Position numbers and translations under genes: made by a program
Assembly (NCBI GenBank): GCA_965243395.1
Contig: CBDEUS010000002.1
Location: 864,001 to 928,000, forward strand
Reading direction: 5' to 3'
From: Gammaproteobacteria bacterium
Lineage (GTDB): Bacteria > Pseudomonadota > Gammaproteobacteria > UBA4575
DNA: 64,000 nt
In this document: in pieces, positions 9,570 to 20,050 of the stretch
How the letters are laid out: every line of letters begins with the position of its first letter
Numbering within the stretch: position 1 is the stretch's first letter
The notes under the pieces: generated by a model
Seen by the model: only the letters and a program-made list of their open reading frames with translations
What the model was told of the DNA's origin: nothing
Database searches by the model: none

Positions 9570-10511
9570 TTATTCAATCCAGCGTGTAAGATCTTGTTCA
9601 ATAAGATCTTCTAGTTTTTTTATATCTTCCAAAAAGTAGCGTTTAGTTATGTCGCTGCGCTGATCTTTTGTTAATGGTTTTGTTGAAGTGGATTTACTAC
9701 CAAGCTTTTGATATTGCCGACCTGCAGATTTAATTAACCCCTGCGCTTGTGGTATGTGTTTTAGTATGACTTTTTTCAGGGGTTTTACCGCGATAATAGA
9801 TCGGTATAACAGAGAATCTCGTGAGAAACCTGACTGATTATATTTAGAACTCGTATCCGGCTTATGGTTTGAATCAACTTCCAAGAAATCAAAAATAGGT
9901 TGAAAAAAATCCTTTTTTTGCAGGTTTTCGAAAAAGAGTATCTTAATTTTATTTTTATTAAAAATATCATAATATCTTTTTAAATTACGATAATGATAAT
10001 TACCATCTAAGTAAGAAGTCCCTGTTCCAGCTTTTTTAACTTGTTCGCAGTTGAGATCGATAATTTTTGAAAAATCTTCAGGGTTTTTATTACTCTCTCT
10101 ACTCAAATTGTAAAGATAGCGAGAATAAGCACTTTCAACAGGGTGGCGTAAAATAGCCATAATTTTCGTATCAGGAATTGATTCTTTAATTCGACCCGGC
10201 ACTTCAGGAGTGTAAAGATAAGCGGGTGATGTTTCTCCAATGGCAGTATGGCTACTGGTAGCGCTGTCAAAGCATGCATGATAATTTTCGATTGTCGTCG
10301 CTGAGCCACGTGTTATTTTTTCACGTCTTCCTAGACTTATGCTTGATGTAGGCTCAGAGTTTCCATAGAACAGAAAATAATTTGTTTCCTTGATAGGGCT
10401 CATGAATACTTGAGGGTGAGTATCCAATGCATAGTGGAGTGATGTTGAGCCACTTCTGGCAGCACCAATAATTATAAAATTAGGTAAACGTCCCTTTTTT
10501 TTATTTTGCAT
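9570..10511 (-). CDS. PAPS-dependent sulfotransferase
   Basis: PNFIIIGAARSGSTSL, HPQV, KETNYF, GETSPAY, LRHPVESAYS. Confidence 0.9.
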   Translation of the reverse strand: MQNKKKGRLPNFIIIGAARSGSTSLHYALDTHPQVFMSPIKETNYFLFYGNSEPTSSISLGRREKITRGSATTIENYHACFDSATSSHTAIGETSPAYLYTPEVPGRIKESIPDTKIMAILRHPVESAYSRYLYNLSRESNKNPEDFSKIIDLNCEQVKKAGTGTSYLDGNYHYRNLKRYYDIFNKNKIKILFFENLQKKDFFQPIFDFLEVDSNHKPDTSSKYNQSGFSRDSLLYRSIIAVKPLKKVILKHIPQAQGLIKSAGRQYQKLGSKSTSTKPLTKDQRSDITKRYFLEDIKKLEDLIEQDLTRWIE

Positions 10512-10870
10512 AGCAAACTGTTCTTATATAAAAATAGTCTAAGAGAGTAAATGAAATAGAGTGAGGATACACGTCCTTGTTTCAATGATAATGATTCACT
10601 TGTATTAAATAAACCAACCTTAGAATAGAGTGAGAATACACGCTTTTTGACACTTAGATAATAAATCACTTATTTTAAAAAGCCAACCATAAAAAACATA
10701 GTGATTATATTTACGTGAGTAGTCTCTCAGATTGATCGACTCAATAGACATATACTTACATCAAAATGAGTCATGACTAGAGCTAGATAAAACTTTACCA
10801 TACCGTTTTATCAAATTACACAGCGAATCCGTAACAATTAATCTGTCGATTTAATACTTAATAGTTATAA

Positions 10871-12025
10871 ATGAAAGTAAGAGAAAAAATTAGTTTTATT
10901 TCGTTGATTGTTCCTAGCTATAAAGTATTTATTTGTGAAGCTTTAGATAAAATATATGCAGGACGTTTTTTTGTCTTACATGGGCAAGAAAGGCCTGGGG
11001 CCACGCCCAGAGATATTACAGATATACCCATTCAAAACAATATTAATGTTAAGAATCGTTACTGGTTTTTTAAAGGTATTGCTATTTCATGGATGCCAGT
11101 AATTTGGTGGTTTCTTAAAAATAGACCCGGAACGATCATTTTGGGAGACGGAGTGAGGATACTGAATAATTACGTACTTCTTTTTATTAGTAAATTAATT
11201 GGCACAAAAGTCTTGTATTACACGCATGGTTATAACCATCAGGCTGAATTTACACGTACATCATTTGTTGATACGGCAACAGAGCGTATACGAAAATTTT
11301 ATTTCTCACTTAGTGATGCGTTGATTGTATATACCGACTCTAATAAAACTTATCTTGAAAATGCTGGGGTTAAGACAAAAATATTTGTATCACGTAATAC
11401 TATTGATACGCCGACTCTTTTAGAGAGAAGCGCCAAGGTTAGTGCTGAAAGAATTAAAAACCTGAAACGAAATTATAATATTCAAGAAGACCAACGCGTT
11501 ATAGTTTATTTAGGCAGGATGGTTCCAGAGAAAGAAGTCCATCTTTTTGTCAATTTAATAAATCAACTGAATAAAGTGAACAACAACCGTTACTTTGGGA
11601 TCGCAATCGGCGATGGTTCTTTGCTTAGCGAGCTAAAAGAATCGTCAACAGACTTACCTATAAAGTTTACAGGGCACTTGTCTGGCCAAGAGCTATCTGA
11701 TCATTTGGCATGTTCAGATTGCATGTTTATTCCAAGTCATGTGGGTCTTGCTGTCGTCGAGGCATTTTGTGCGGGTCTGCCCTTTGTCACTTGTGAAGGG
11801 CGTCATCATAGTCCTGAGGTTGACTATATCAATCACGAAACTAATGGTTTAATTTTGAACTCTGTGGAAGCGCCCAATATGGCCCTAGAAGTTGCGAAAT
11901 TGTTAGAGGATGAAGATGCATTGGGCAAGATGTCAAAAAATGCATTCGAAACAGCGCAAACATTGCATCCAGATTTTTCAATTGATTCATTTGTAGCTGC
12001 GATAGAGTACGCAAATACAAATTAA
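10871..12025 (+). CDS. Glycosyltransferase family 4 (GT-B)
   Basis: YLGRMVPEK, IGDGS, GLAVVEAFCAGLPFVT, NHETNG. Confidence 0.9.
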   Translation: MKVREKISFISLIVPSYKVFICEALDKIYAGRFFVLHGQERPGATPRDITDIPIQNNINVKNRYWFFKGIAISWMPVIWWFLKNRPGTIILGDGVRILNNYVLLFISKLIGTKVLYYTHGYNHQAEFTRTSFVDTATERIRKFYFSLSDALIVYTDSNKTYLENAGVKTKIFVSRNTIDTPTLLERSAKVSAERIKNLKRNYNIQEDQRVIVYLGRMVPEKEVHLFVNLINQLNKVNNNRYFGIAIGDGSLLSELKESSTDLPIKFTGHLSGQELSDHLACSDCMFIPSHVGLAVVEAFCAGLPFVTCEGRHHSPEVDYINHETNGLILNSVEAPNMALEVAKLLEDEDALGKMSKNAFETAQTLHPDFSIDSFVAAIEYANTN

Positions 12026-12059
12026 CTAAATATACTCTTATTGTGATGAGGTGAGTTTC

Positions 12060-12866
12060 TTATCCAAAAGATTCAATTTTTTCACTTCCATCTGGCATAA
12101 CCGGTGTGAATTGTCTCAAGCCAAGATGCTGCAACAATATGTTAGTTAAATAGAGTGGGTTGAGAATTATGTAGCGTCGCCAAAGGCGTTTTGGTTCTTG
12201 AATTAATCGGAATAACCATTCGAAACCAGAATCTTGAAGACTTTTAGGTGCTTGTGGTAATAAGCCAGCATGAAAATCAAATGCTGCTCCTACCGCAAGG
12301 ATTGGCATACTTAAAAGTTCACGGTATTCAAATGCCCATGTTTCTTGTCGGGGGCATCCTAGTCCTAAAAATACTCCATCTGCACCAGAAGCTTTTATTC
12401 TTTTTACAAGCTCTGTACGTTCTTCTGAGTTTAGTTTTCTAAATTTAGAAGGTTCGATTCCTGCAATTATTAATTTGGGAAATTGTTTAACTAAGTTTTC
12501 AGAAAATTTTTCTAAAGTTTCTTTAGTGCTGCCATACAAATAGAGTTTTAGCCCATGTTCAGCAAATGCTTCTGCTACACGCAAAGTAAGATTTGGGCCA
12601 TAGACACGATCAGGTAATCGTTTTTTGTGCAACCAGTTAAGCGCCCATCTTACTGGTTGGCCATCTGGTACAACCAGATCTAATCCATTAAGGCGTCGTG
12701 CATGAACTGAATCAAGTAATCCAGTCATCACGCCATGCACTGCTAGAGCGCTGACCGCATATGGAGATTTTTTTTCAGCAGCTTCGACGATAGATTGAAC
12801 TGCATAATCATAATCTACCGCATGTACATTAATTCCTAAAATGGAGTGTTTACCTTGATTAATCAC
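12060..12866 (-). CDS. WecG/TagA/CpsF-family glycosyltransferase (GT26)
   Basis: [48 protein letters not shown]; GTG start at 12866 overlaps the upstream stop (track ORF starts 12878). Confidence 0.9.
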   Translation of the reverse strand: MINQGKHSILGINVHAVDYDYAVQSIVEAAEKKSPYAVSALAVHGVMTGLLDSVHARRLNGLDLVVPDGQPVRWALNWLHKKRLPDRVYGPNLTLRVAEAFAEHGLKLYLYGSTKETLEKFSENLVKQFPKLIIAGIEPSKFRKLNSEERTELVKRIKASGADGVFLGLGCPRQETWAFEYRELLSMPILAVGAAFDFHAGLLPQAPKSLQDSGFEWLFRLIQEPKRLWRRYIILNPLYLTNILLQHLGLRQFTPVMPDGSEKIESFG

Positions 12867-13930
12867 TCTGAACTCCATCGTTCAACATTCTTTTCATAGA
12901 TTTCTTTTAAAATGATTGGTACATCGTGTTTTATGGACCAATTGGGATAATCTTTTTTAAACTTATCAAGATCACTTATATACCAAATGTGGTCGCCACT
13001 ACGGTTATCATCAGTATAAGAGTAATTAAATTCCTTTCCTGATATTTCTTGGCAAATATCGATTGCCTCAAGCATTGAACAATTGCTCTCTCGTCCACCT
13101 CCGATGTTGTACACCTTTGCTGACCCTGGGTTTTTAGTGAATTCGTAGAATGCTTCAATCAGATCTGCTGAGTGAATGTTGTCACGAACTTGTTTGCCTT
13201 TGTATCCAAAGATTGTGTAAGGAACACCAGTTACTGCACATTTCATCAAGTAAGCTAAGAAACCATGTAATTGTGTCCCGGAATGATTTGGACCTGTCAA
13301 ACATCCGCCACGAAATGAAGCTGTTTTCATATCAAAATATCTTCCGTATTCTTGCACTAATACATCTGCAGCTACTTTGGATGCACCAAATAACGAATGT
13401 TTACTATGATCAATACTCATATCCTCAGAAATTCCATTTACATATCTATGAGTTGAATCGATCTCCCATCTCTTCTCCATTTCGATTAACGGTAATTCAT
13501 TGGGTAAATCACCATAAACTTTATTTGTAGAGGTAAATATAAATACAGCTTCAGGGCAGTATGTTCTTGTAGCCTGTAATAAATTAAGTGTGCCGTTAGC
13601 ATTCACAGTAAAATCAGAAAGTGGGTCACTTGCTGCCCAATCATGCGAGGGTTGTGCTGCAGTGTGAATGATTAATGATATTTCTTTGCCATATTTTTTA
13701 AAAATCTTTTCAATATCATCATAATTACGTATATCGATATCCTGATGTTCGTAATTACTTACCTGTTCCTCTAGACGTTTTCTGTTCCACTTTGTAGAAG
13801 CTTCTTCGCCAAAGAAAAATTTTCGCATATCGTTATCAATACCAATAACTTGCATGCCCAAATTGGCAAAAAAAAGCGTGGCTTCAGAACCGATTAAACC
13901 GGCTGAACCTGTGATTACTACAACAGACAT
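12863..13930 (-). CDS. CDP-paratose/tyvelose 2-epimerase-like extended SDR
   Basis: [47 protein letters not shown]. Confidence 0.75.
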   Translation of the reverse strand: MSVVVITGSAGLIGSEATLFFANLGMQVIGIDNDMRKFFFGEEASTKWNRKRLEEQVSNYEHQDIDIRNYDDIEKIFKKYGKEISLIIHTAAQPSHDWAASDPLSDFTVNANGTLNLLQATRTYCPEAVFIFTSTNKVYGDLPNELPLIEMEKRWEIDSTHRYVNGISEDMSIDHSKHSLFGASKVAADVLVQEYGRYFDMKTASFRGGCLTGPNHSGTQLHGFLAYLMKCAVTGVPYTIFGYKGKQVRDNIHSADLIEAFYEFTKNPGSAKVYNIGGGRESNCSMLEAIDICQEISGKEFNYSYTDDNRSGDHIWYISDLDKFKKDYPNWSIKHDVPIILKEIYEKNVERWSSE

Positions 13931-14062
13931 ATTCTCTCCTTGTGGATACTGTCTTTAACTCAAATTTTTTAATGATAGTTTTAATTAATATTTAAACTAT
14001 TTTTTCACGAAAATATTTTTGTGGGCAGCAAATATAAAAACACTAAGATGTTAATTGTGTAT

Positions 14063-14758
14063 TTATATAGACCTCTTAATTAATTCACTATAATAATTTT
14101 TAATTTTTGAATCTTTTATGATTTTCATTTCACTTATTACAGCTTTAGAAGCCTCAATCCCTTTCGAGTCATATATTGGTGTATGTTTATATGCTTGAAG
14201 CATGGCAGGCTCAAACTCAACATCTAGGAACTCGCATATTTTTTTTGCGGTTGGCTCTGGTTTTGTAACCAAGCTGTTAAAATTCACAATAATTATTCTG
14301 TCTGGATGTTCATTTTGTAAAGTGAAAATTACTTCAATTGCACGGGACCATTCTTTTATAGCAGCCTCTTTAGTTCGTTTTGTTCTTTTAACCATAGAAG
14401 AAGTAACACTTTCAACATCTCTCAAAATAGCAACTACTTTGAGTTCTGGGTTTTTTAGGTAGTCAGATATTGAATACTTTGATGACTTTGCTTTTCTAAA
14501 AAGAGGTAAAATTGGTCTAAGTTTTATAATTCTTGCAAGAACTAAATCCAATATAGTCCAGCGGCTCTGTAGTTCAATTTGATTAGGGACGCAAAGTTTT
14601 ACACCTTTATAGTGACTTGCAAGAATACGCCCAGCTCCTCCCCACAAGTCTTCGAATAACACGCCAATCTTTGAATGCGAAGCTATCATAGCAGCTAGGA
14701 GAGTTGTTCCAGATCGTGCTGCCCCTAACACTAAAAGATTCGTATCCACAACATACAT
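14063..14758 (-). CDS. PAPS-dependent sulfotransferase
   Basis: LVLGAARSGTTLL, ILRDVESVTSS, PEPTAKKICEFLDVEFEPAML; likely start ATG 14758 (track extends to 14869). Confidence 0.8.
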   Translation of the reverse strand: MYVVDTNLLVLGAARSGTTLLAAMIASHSKIGVLFEDLWGGAGRILASHYKGVKLCVPNQIELQSRWTILDLVLARIIKLRPILPLFRKAKSSKYSISDYLKNPELKVVAILRDVESVTSSMVKRTKRTKEAAIKEWSRAIEVIFTLQNEHPDRIIIVNFNSLVTKPEPTAKKICEFLDVEFEPAMLQAYKHTPIYDSKGIEASKAVISEMKIIKDSKIKNYYSELIKRSI

Positions 14759-14875
14759 AGGCGGCCGCGATGGACGAGATAATCTTGAGTTAAAATCCTG
14801 AAAATATGAAAGCATCGGTATATATGTTTCTTTTTTTTGAGAAAAATTAGTATAAAAAAATTTATTCATGAAAAA

Positions 14876-16171
14876 TTAATTTAACGTAATAGGGCTTGTA
14901 TCCGCAGCAAAAACTTTTCGCGTCCCGCAAGAAAACCCATTGAATATAGCTATTGTGCCAGTTGAATCCCAAGCGGGATGAGCATCAACTCTCATTTCTC
15001 TATTAGAGCCCGTATAATCTGCCAATGCCCCTATACGGGCTAAAACATGTTCTTTCCCGCTAGATAGGTCGATAAGCCGAATGGGAACTGTGCCATCTCC
15101 ATAACTTATTGGTTCTTTTGGATATGCATCCGTTAATAGAAAGCGTCCACTAGGATGTAAAGAAGGATGCCCGGAACCTGTTGACTCACCTATAGCTTCA
15201 ATTGGTCCTCCATCGTAGCGGAATTTAACAAAGCGCAGCCCGTCACCATATGCATTTAAATTCATCATCACGTGTTGGCCATCAGGGCACCAGTTAGGAT
15301 GGTGTCCACCTTTCGCCCAATTTTTAGCACTTACCGCGATTTGAATATCACTACCATCACTAGCCATGGTGATTACATGTTTCAACATATTTTTTTTACC
15401 TGCAGCTAGTTTCCTATTCTTTTGAAAAACTTTGCGCAATATATTTTTTTTAGGTACCCATCGTACAATCAGCATTAATCGATCACCTTGTGGATTCCAC
15501 TTAGCGTGGAAGCAATAAAAGCTACCGTTTTGATAGTTTTTATTTTGTAGCTGTGGACATGAATTCACAATCTGATTTAGAGAAACTAGGAGTCGAGATT
15601 GCCCAGCATCTAGGTCAGTAATATATAAACCATCATCATCAGGCGCGCCGATGTTTTCGGGCACGAATTCAGGGGGTGCCATTACTCCATATCCACGTTG
15701 TGTTCGTGCAGTTCGTAATAAACAAGGACTCACACTTTTAGTTCCATCTGGCGAAACGTGATAAATCGTTCCTGAAAGTTGAATGCTTGTAAGCGAATTG
15801 ATGTCAAGCTTTACGCCAACTGGTTTCCAATTATTAGTATTTATATCGTTATAGTACAAGTAATTGTCTGTAGATCCCCATTGTACTTGTGCACCAAGCT
15901 GGGTATCCCAGCCGCGAGTTTCTGCTATAACTCTTTCGTTACCAGATTCCAAGTCTATTAAAATAATCTCTGCAATATCTCCCGGAACCGGAGTGCGATC
16001 TTCACAAGGGAATTTTATTACTGCGAGATATCGTCCTGATGGACTTATTGGGCTTGTATCAAAAAAACGGTGTATGACTGCTCCTGTGTTGGGAGTGAGA
16101 CAGTAAGCGGGTACAGCCGGTTCGTAATCGAGATAGCGAGGGAAGCTTTTGGACAAGTCAGGCGTGTTCAT
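14876..16171 (-). CDS. TolB/oligogalacturonate-lyase-like beta-propeller, no signal peptide
   Basis: Repeated blade motifs SPISPSG, HAKWNPQG, HPNWCPDG, GHPSLHPSG, DAHPAWD. Confidence 0.6.
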   Translation of the reverse strand: MNTPDLSKSFPRYLDYEPAVPAYCLTPNTGAVIHRFFDTSPISPSGRYLAVIKFPCEDRTPVPGDIAEIILIDLESGNERVIAETRGWDTQLGAQVQWGSTDNYLYYNDINTNNWKPVGVKLDINSLTSIQLSGTIYHVSPDGTKSVSPCLLRTARTQRGYGVMAPPEFVPENIGAPDDDGLYITDLDAGQSRLLVSLNQIVNSCPQLQNKNYQNGSFYCFHAKWNPQGDRLMLIVRWVPKKNILRKVFQKNRKLAAGKKNMLKHVITMASDGSDIQIAVSAKNWAKGGHHPNWCPDGQHVMMNLNAYGDGLRFVKFRYDGGPIEAIGESTGSGHPSLHPSGRFLLTDAYPKEPISYGDGTVPIRLIDLSSGKEHVLARIGALADYTGSNREMRVDAHPAWDSTGTIAIFNGFSCGTRKVFAADTSPITLN

Positions 16172-16354
16172 TATGATCTTGTCTCAATGTTGTATATTTC
16201 TTGGTTTATAAAACTAATTGATAGTAAGCATTCCTGCTAAATAGTTCCGTATAATTTTGCCATCAATTCACATAATTTACTGTGATCTATGTACAGACAT
16301 AATACGATAGAAATAGGCAATTTGAGCACGGAAAACTTTATATTAGGCCATTAC

Positions 16355-16370
16355 TATGAGCTACATCACA
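16355..16370. promoter_or_regulatory. CRP-like box (9/10)
   Basis: TATGA-GCTACA-TCACA in the middle of a divergent intergenic region. Confidence 0.45.
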
Positions 16371-16566
16371 TCATGTCATATTAATGGGTGATCTTAAGAA
16401 CAGTATGTCGTATAAATTGATAGTTAGAGTAATTATTTTAAACAGTAGTTGCTCTATGGAGCGCCATACTTACCAGCTACTAACAATTTGCAAATACTAA
16501 TAGTTTTTTATTAGATGAGTTATCACGTGTGCCTACCTTCAAAGATTAATCGTCAGGGAAAATCAA

Positions 16567-17481
16567 GTGGTTAATACATTCAGCAATAGCAGTGATCGAA
16601 AAGCTAATCACGGAAGCGCCAAACTTCCAATGTTTTTAGGAATTGGTGCTCAAAGATCGGGTTCGACTTGGTTGCATGAGAATCTCAAACCGCATCCGGA
16701 AATATGGCTGCCTCCAACTAAAGAGATCCATTATTTTAATGATCTTCGTGATGGGCCATTTTTTTGTGAGAGATATCGAAGCAAGTTCAGGATAAGAGCC
16801 GGTTTGACTAAAAACTCGATACTTAAAGGCGAGTGGTCATTTGCGGATTTCAAATGGGATTTAAAATACTTATTAATGCCAAGGTCTGATAAGTGGTACA
16901 CGAGTTTATTTTCCCAAGGTAAGCATCTTGTCGCAGGTGAGATTACTCCTGCCTATTCGACATTATCAGAAGATGTCGTTGCTTCAATAAAGAAAATAAA
17001 TCCTGAAATGAAAATTATCTTTCTTATGCGCGACCCTATAGATCGTTCTTGGTCACATGCTAGAAAAGATTTACCAGGTGTATATGGGAAACCAGTTGAG
17101 GAAATTCCAACTGATACAGTACTTAAGTGGTTTAATGAACCTTACTGTGCATTACGTACAGATTACGTGCGAACATTGGAGATTTGGCAATCTTATTTTC
17201 CTAAAGAGCAAATGTTTATCGGATTTTTAGATGAAATTAAACTTGATCCAGAGAATTTTTTGCTTCGAATTTATGATTTTTTAGGCGTGGAAAAATCTAC
17301 AAAATATCTTCCCAAAACTTTGCATGCAGTGGTTAATGCTAGAAAGAAAACTGATATGGCGCCAGAGTATGAATATGAGCTTGCTAAAATTCATGAGCCT
17401 AAGCTGGCAAAACTTAAACAAATGTTTAACACATATCCTGCTGAATGGCATGCGCGTTGCGTATCAATATTAAATCGTTAG
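16567..17481 (+). CDS. PAPS-dependent sulfotransferase
   Basis: FLGIGAQRSGSTWL, HPEIW, KEIHYF, GEITPAY, MRDPIDRSWS. Confidence 0.9.
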   Translation: MVNTFSNSSDRKANHGSAKLPMFLGIGAQRSGSTWLHENLKPHPEIWLPPTKEIHYFNDLRDGPFFCERYRSKFRIRAGLTKNSILKGEWSFADFKWDLKYLLMPRSDKWYTSLFSQGKHLVAGEITPAYSTLSEDVVASIKKINPEMKIIFLMRDPIDRSWSHARKDLPGVYGKPVEEIPTDTVLKWFNEPYCALRTDYVRTLEIWQSYFPKEQMFIGFLDEIKLDPENFLLRIYDFLGVEKSTKYLPKTLHAVVNARKKTDMAPEYEYELAKIHEPKLAKLKQMFNTYPAEWHARCVSILNR

Positions 17482-17495
17482 CAGGCTTATAATTG

Positions 17496-18884
17496 TTATT
17501 TAATGCTTTGTGTAAATTTTAGCCTTGTTGGAGGAGATAAAGTTCCGGTCTGTTGATCTGTCTGCTGTTTATTTCCAGAAAAATCAGCAGTATATACTTT
17601 AACTTTGTTGCCAATTTGGGTTTGAAATCTTAATTTTCCAGTTTGCTTGTGATAAGTGTCATCGAAAGCAGTCGATTCAGCTTCATTCCCAACGTTGTAT
17701 GCTTTCCATGTTTTCCCATTATCCCAACTGCGACTAAATTTTCCTTTTCCGACGGCAGTAATTACTCCATTTCTGTCGACAGTAAAATTAGCGGGTGATG
17801 CGGCTGGCAGCGATTTTTTGTCACCCCAATTTTTTCCGTTCCAGATTTTAAAATACGTCTTACGCACTCTACGGTCTTCAAAGCTTACAATTGGACGGCC
17901 ACTTGATGTTACTGCTACGTAAGTGCGTGTATCGAATATTCCTTTTGATGCTTGTTCAACAAGGTCGCCGTTCTGAGGAGTTATTGGTAAGGAATTAATG
18001 ACTGCACCATTCGCTTTTCTAAATGTTGCTCCACCATTGTCAGAGTAAGCATAGAATATATGACTGGCTTCTTGACCCGGATTTATAAATACATCCCAGC
18101 TAATATGCATGCGATTATTATTATCAAAGAAAATTTTTGCTCTATAACCTTGATAGCCTGGTAGTTTGTTTGACCAATTTCTAGAACTATCACTCCAAAA
18201 AAATGTTTTAACACCGTGCTTGTAATTAGTTCCTCCAAGCATACTCCAACGTTTTTGATTAGCATTATATTTGGCTATACCTATACCTTGGCTACCATCG
18301 TATCCGTATTTCCCATCTCGATGAGTTCTATGTCTAAAGGTTACATATAATTCATTGTTGTTATCTGTTGTAAACGAGGGATAGGTAATCTTTTCACCAG
18401 GTATAGTTCTATTTGTATCGCCTACAAATGTAAAAGAACTGATGTCTCCTGGTTTGTTTGAAACTTTATATTGCCATCCAACATCACCTATTTTGTAACG
18501 CGATTGATGCATATTATAGGCAACATGAATATATCCAAACTTATCAATGCCCAGTGATGGTAAATTATGGTTCTTACCTTTATGGCTATTATTAAGGATA
18601 ACATTTGTAGTTGTTTTTCCATTTGGTGTTTTTTTCGCAATCATGGTGCGTAAACGATCATCTACCCAGACAAAATACATATTACCTTTATATGTAGTGA
18701 TGGGCGTCTGCCAGTGAGCAGCATCATAAGAAGTAAATTCCATTTCTTGTTTAATGCTAAAAGTATTTTTTGTCGCTGCTATTGATGTTTCATTTACTAA
18801 AAAAGCTAATATTCCAAAAATTATTAAAAGTAGACCATAATAATTTGAGTAAAGCAGAGTTCTGTTAGAGTTATGTTTTTTCAT
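17496..18884 (-). CDS. Secreted BNR-4/Asp-box beta-propeller, putative polysaccharide lyase or hydrolase
   Basis: N-terminal signal/TM; HNLPSLGIDKFGYIHVAYNMH; TYPSF; Asp-boxes SDNGGATF and SWDNGKTW. Confidence 0.7.
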   Translation of the reverse strand: MKKHNSNRTLLYSNYYGLLLIIFGILAFLVNETSIAATKNTFSIKQEMEFTSYDAAHWQTPITTYKGNMYFVWVDDRLRTMIAKKTPNGKTTTNVILNNSHKGKNHNLPSLGIDKFGYIHVAYNMHQSRYKIGDVGWQYKVSNKPGDISSFTFVGDTNRTIPGEKITYPSFTTDNNNELYVTFRHRTHRDGKYGYDGSQGIGIAKYNANQKRWSMLGGTNYKHGVKTFFWSDSSRNWSNKLPGYQGYRAKIFFDNNNRMHISWDVFINPGQEASHIFYAYSDNGGATFRKANGAVINSLPITPQNGDLVEQASKGIFDTRTYVAVTSSGRPIVSFEDRRVRKTYFKIWNGKNWGDKKSLPAASPANFTVDRNGVITAVGKGKFSRSWDNGKTWKAYNVGNEAESTAFDDTYHKQTGKLRFQTQIGNKVKVYTADFSGNKQQTDQQTGTLSPPTRLKFTQSIK

Positions 18885-19198
18885 TTAATTTTTTATCGGT
18901 TCAGTATATTTTGTTATTCAATTTGCTAGTTATTTAAAGATAAAGTCTTTATTTTGTACATTTTCTTAGCAGTTTTTGCATACTTGCGTGACGGAAGTAT
19001 GATTCGATAGAGCCCAACAAATAACATATTTCAGAAGAAATAACATACTTCATAAGTAGCGCTTGATAGCTTGAGTGCAATTTACTGAAATACCACAGAA
19101 GTACATATGTTTATGTGTAATTTGCCGGGAGTTTGTATGATTATTTTTAGAGTTTACCTTAGATAAGCAGTTTAGAGACAAGACCGTTAAGTGATTGA

Positions 19199-20032
19199 TC
19201 AGCTACCACTGGTCGGAAGCTCATACCAAGCTTTGAAGCTTTTGTCAGCGAATTTTTCCAACGCTTTGATATCGTCTAAATAATGTTCAAGAAGCCGTGC
19301 CTTTAGACTCATTGAGGGTTTGGGGCGTTCAATTTTTTTCCCAACTGTTCTGCGTAAAATGCTTATCATTTTCGGGGTAATGATTGAAGATATTCCTGGC
19401 ATATTTAAGATTTTCTCATTCAATAATTTTGATTGCCGTTTAAGTGAGCTTTTATGTCTAACGTTTGTAAAGCTATCGCTATGAAAAGTTTCGTCGACTC
19501 CTAGAAAACTGAAAACTCCGGCTAGTGTATTTGCTCGATCATTTAGCAAATCAGCTGATTCTATAATTAAGATTCGTTCTGAAGGATAAAATTTCAGAAA
19601 TTGATTAAGTTGAAACATGTAGGCACCAGTTGGCACATAATCGTTATTATTGAGGTCTTGAAAAGCCTCTTCCATAGATCGTGATTCTTTGCCTGCTGCA
19701 ACTTGATGCATGTAATGAGAGACAGCTCTATCAACTGGGTCTCTTACTACATAAATTAACGATATATTGGGTAAAACGGAGTGCAACCTTTCTGCAACAC
19801 CTGGGAATAAATGGCATTTCGAATAGTTTGGAGAAGATTCGCCGACTAAACGAAATCCACTCGGGAACTGAGAGGTATACCAATTAATGCCTTTTGCAAA
19901 AGTGAGCTCATCTTTAAAAAAATCAAGTTCTTTGCAATGGGACATTCCAATTTCTGGATGCTTACTTAAGTAGTGATGCAGGCTTGTCGTTCCTGACTTC
20001 ATTGCCCCAATAACGATAAATGAAGGTAGCAT
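19199..20032 (-). CDS. PAPS-dependent sulfotransferase
   Basis: PSFIVIGAMKSGTTSL, HPEI, KELDFF, GESSPNY, VRDPVDRAVSHY. Confidence 0.9.
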   Translation of the reverse strand: MLPSFIVIGAMKSGTTSLHHYLSKHPEIGMSHCKELDFFKDELTFAKGINWYTSQFPSGFRLVGESSPNYSKCHLFPGVAERLHSVLPNISLIYVVRDPVDRAVSHYMHQVAAGKESRSMEEAFQDLNNNDYVPTGAYMFQLNQFLKFYPSERILIIESADLLNDRANTLAGVFSFLGVDETFHSDSFTNVRHKSSLKRQSKLLNEKILNMPGISSIITPKMISILRRTVGKKIERPKPSMSLKARLLEHYLDDIKALEKFADKSFKAWYELPTSGS

Positions 20033-20050
20033 CTATTTTTAATCCTAATT

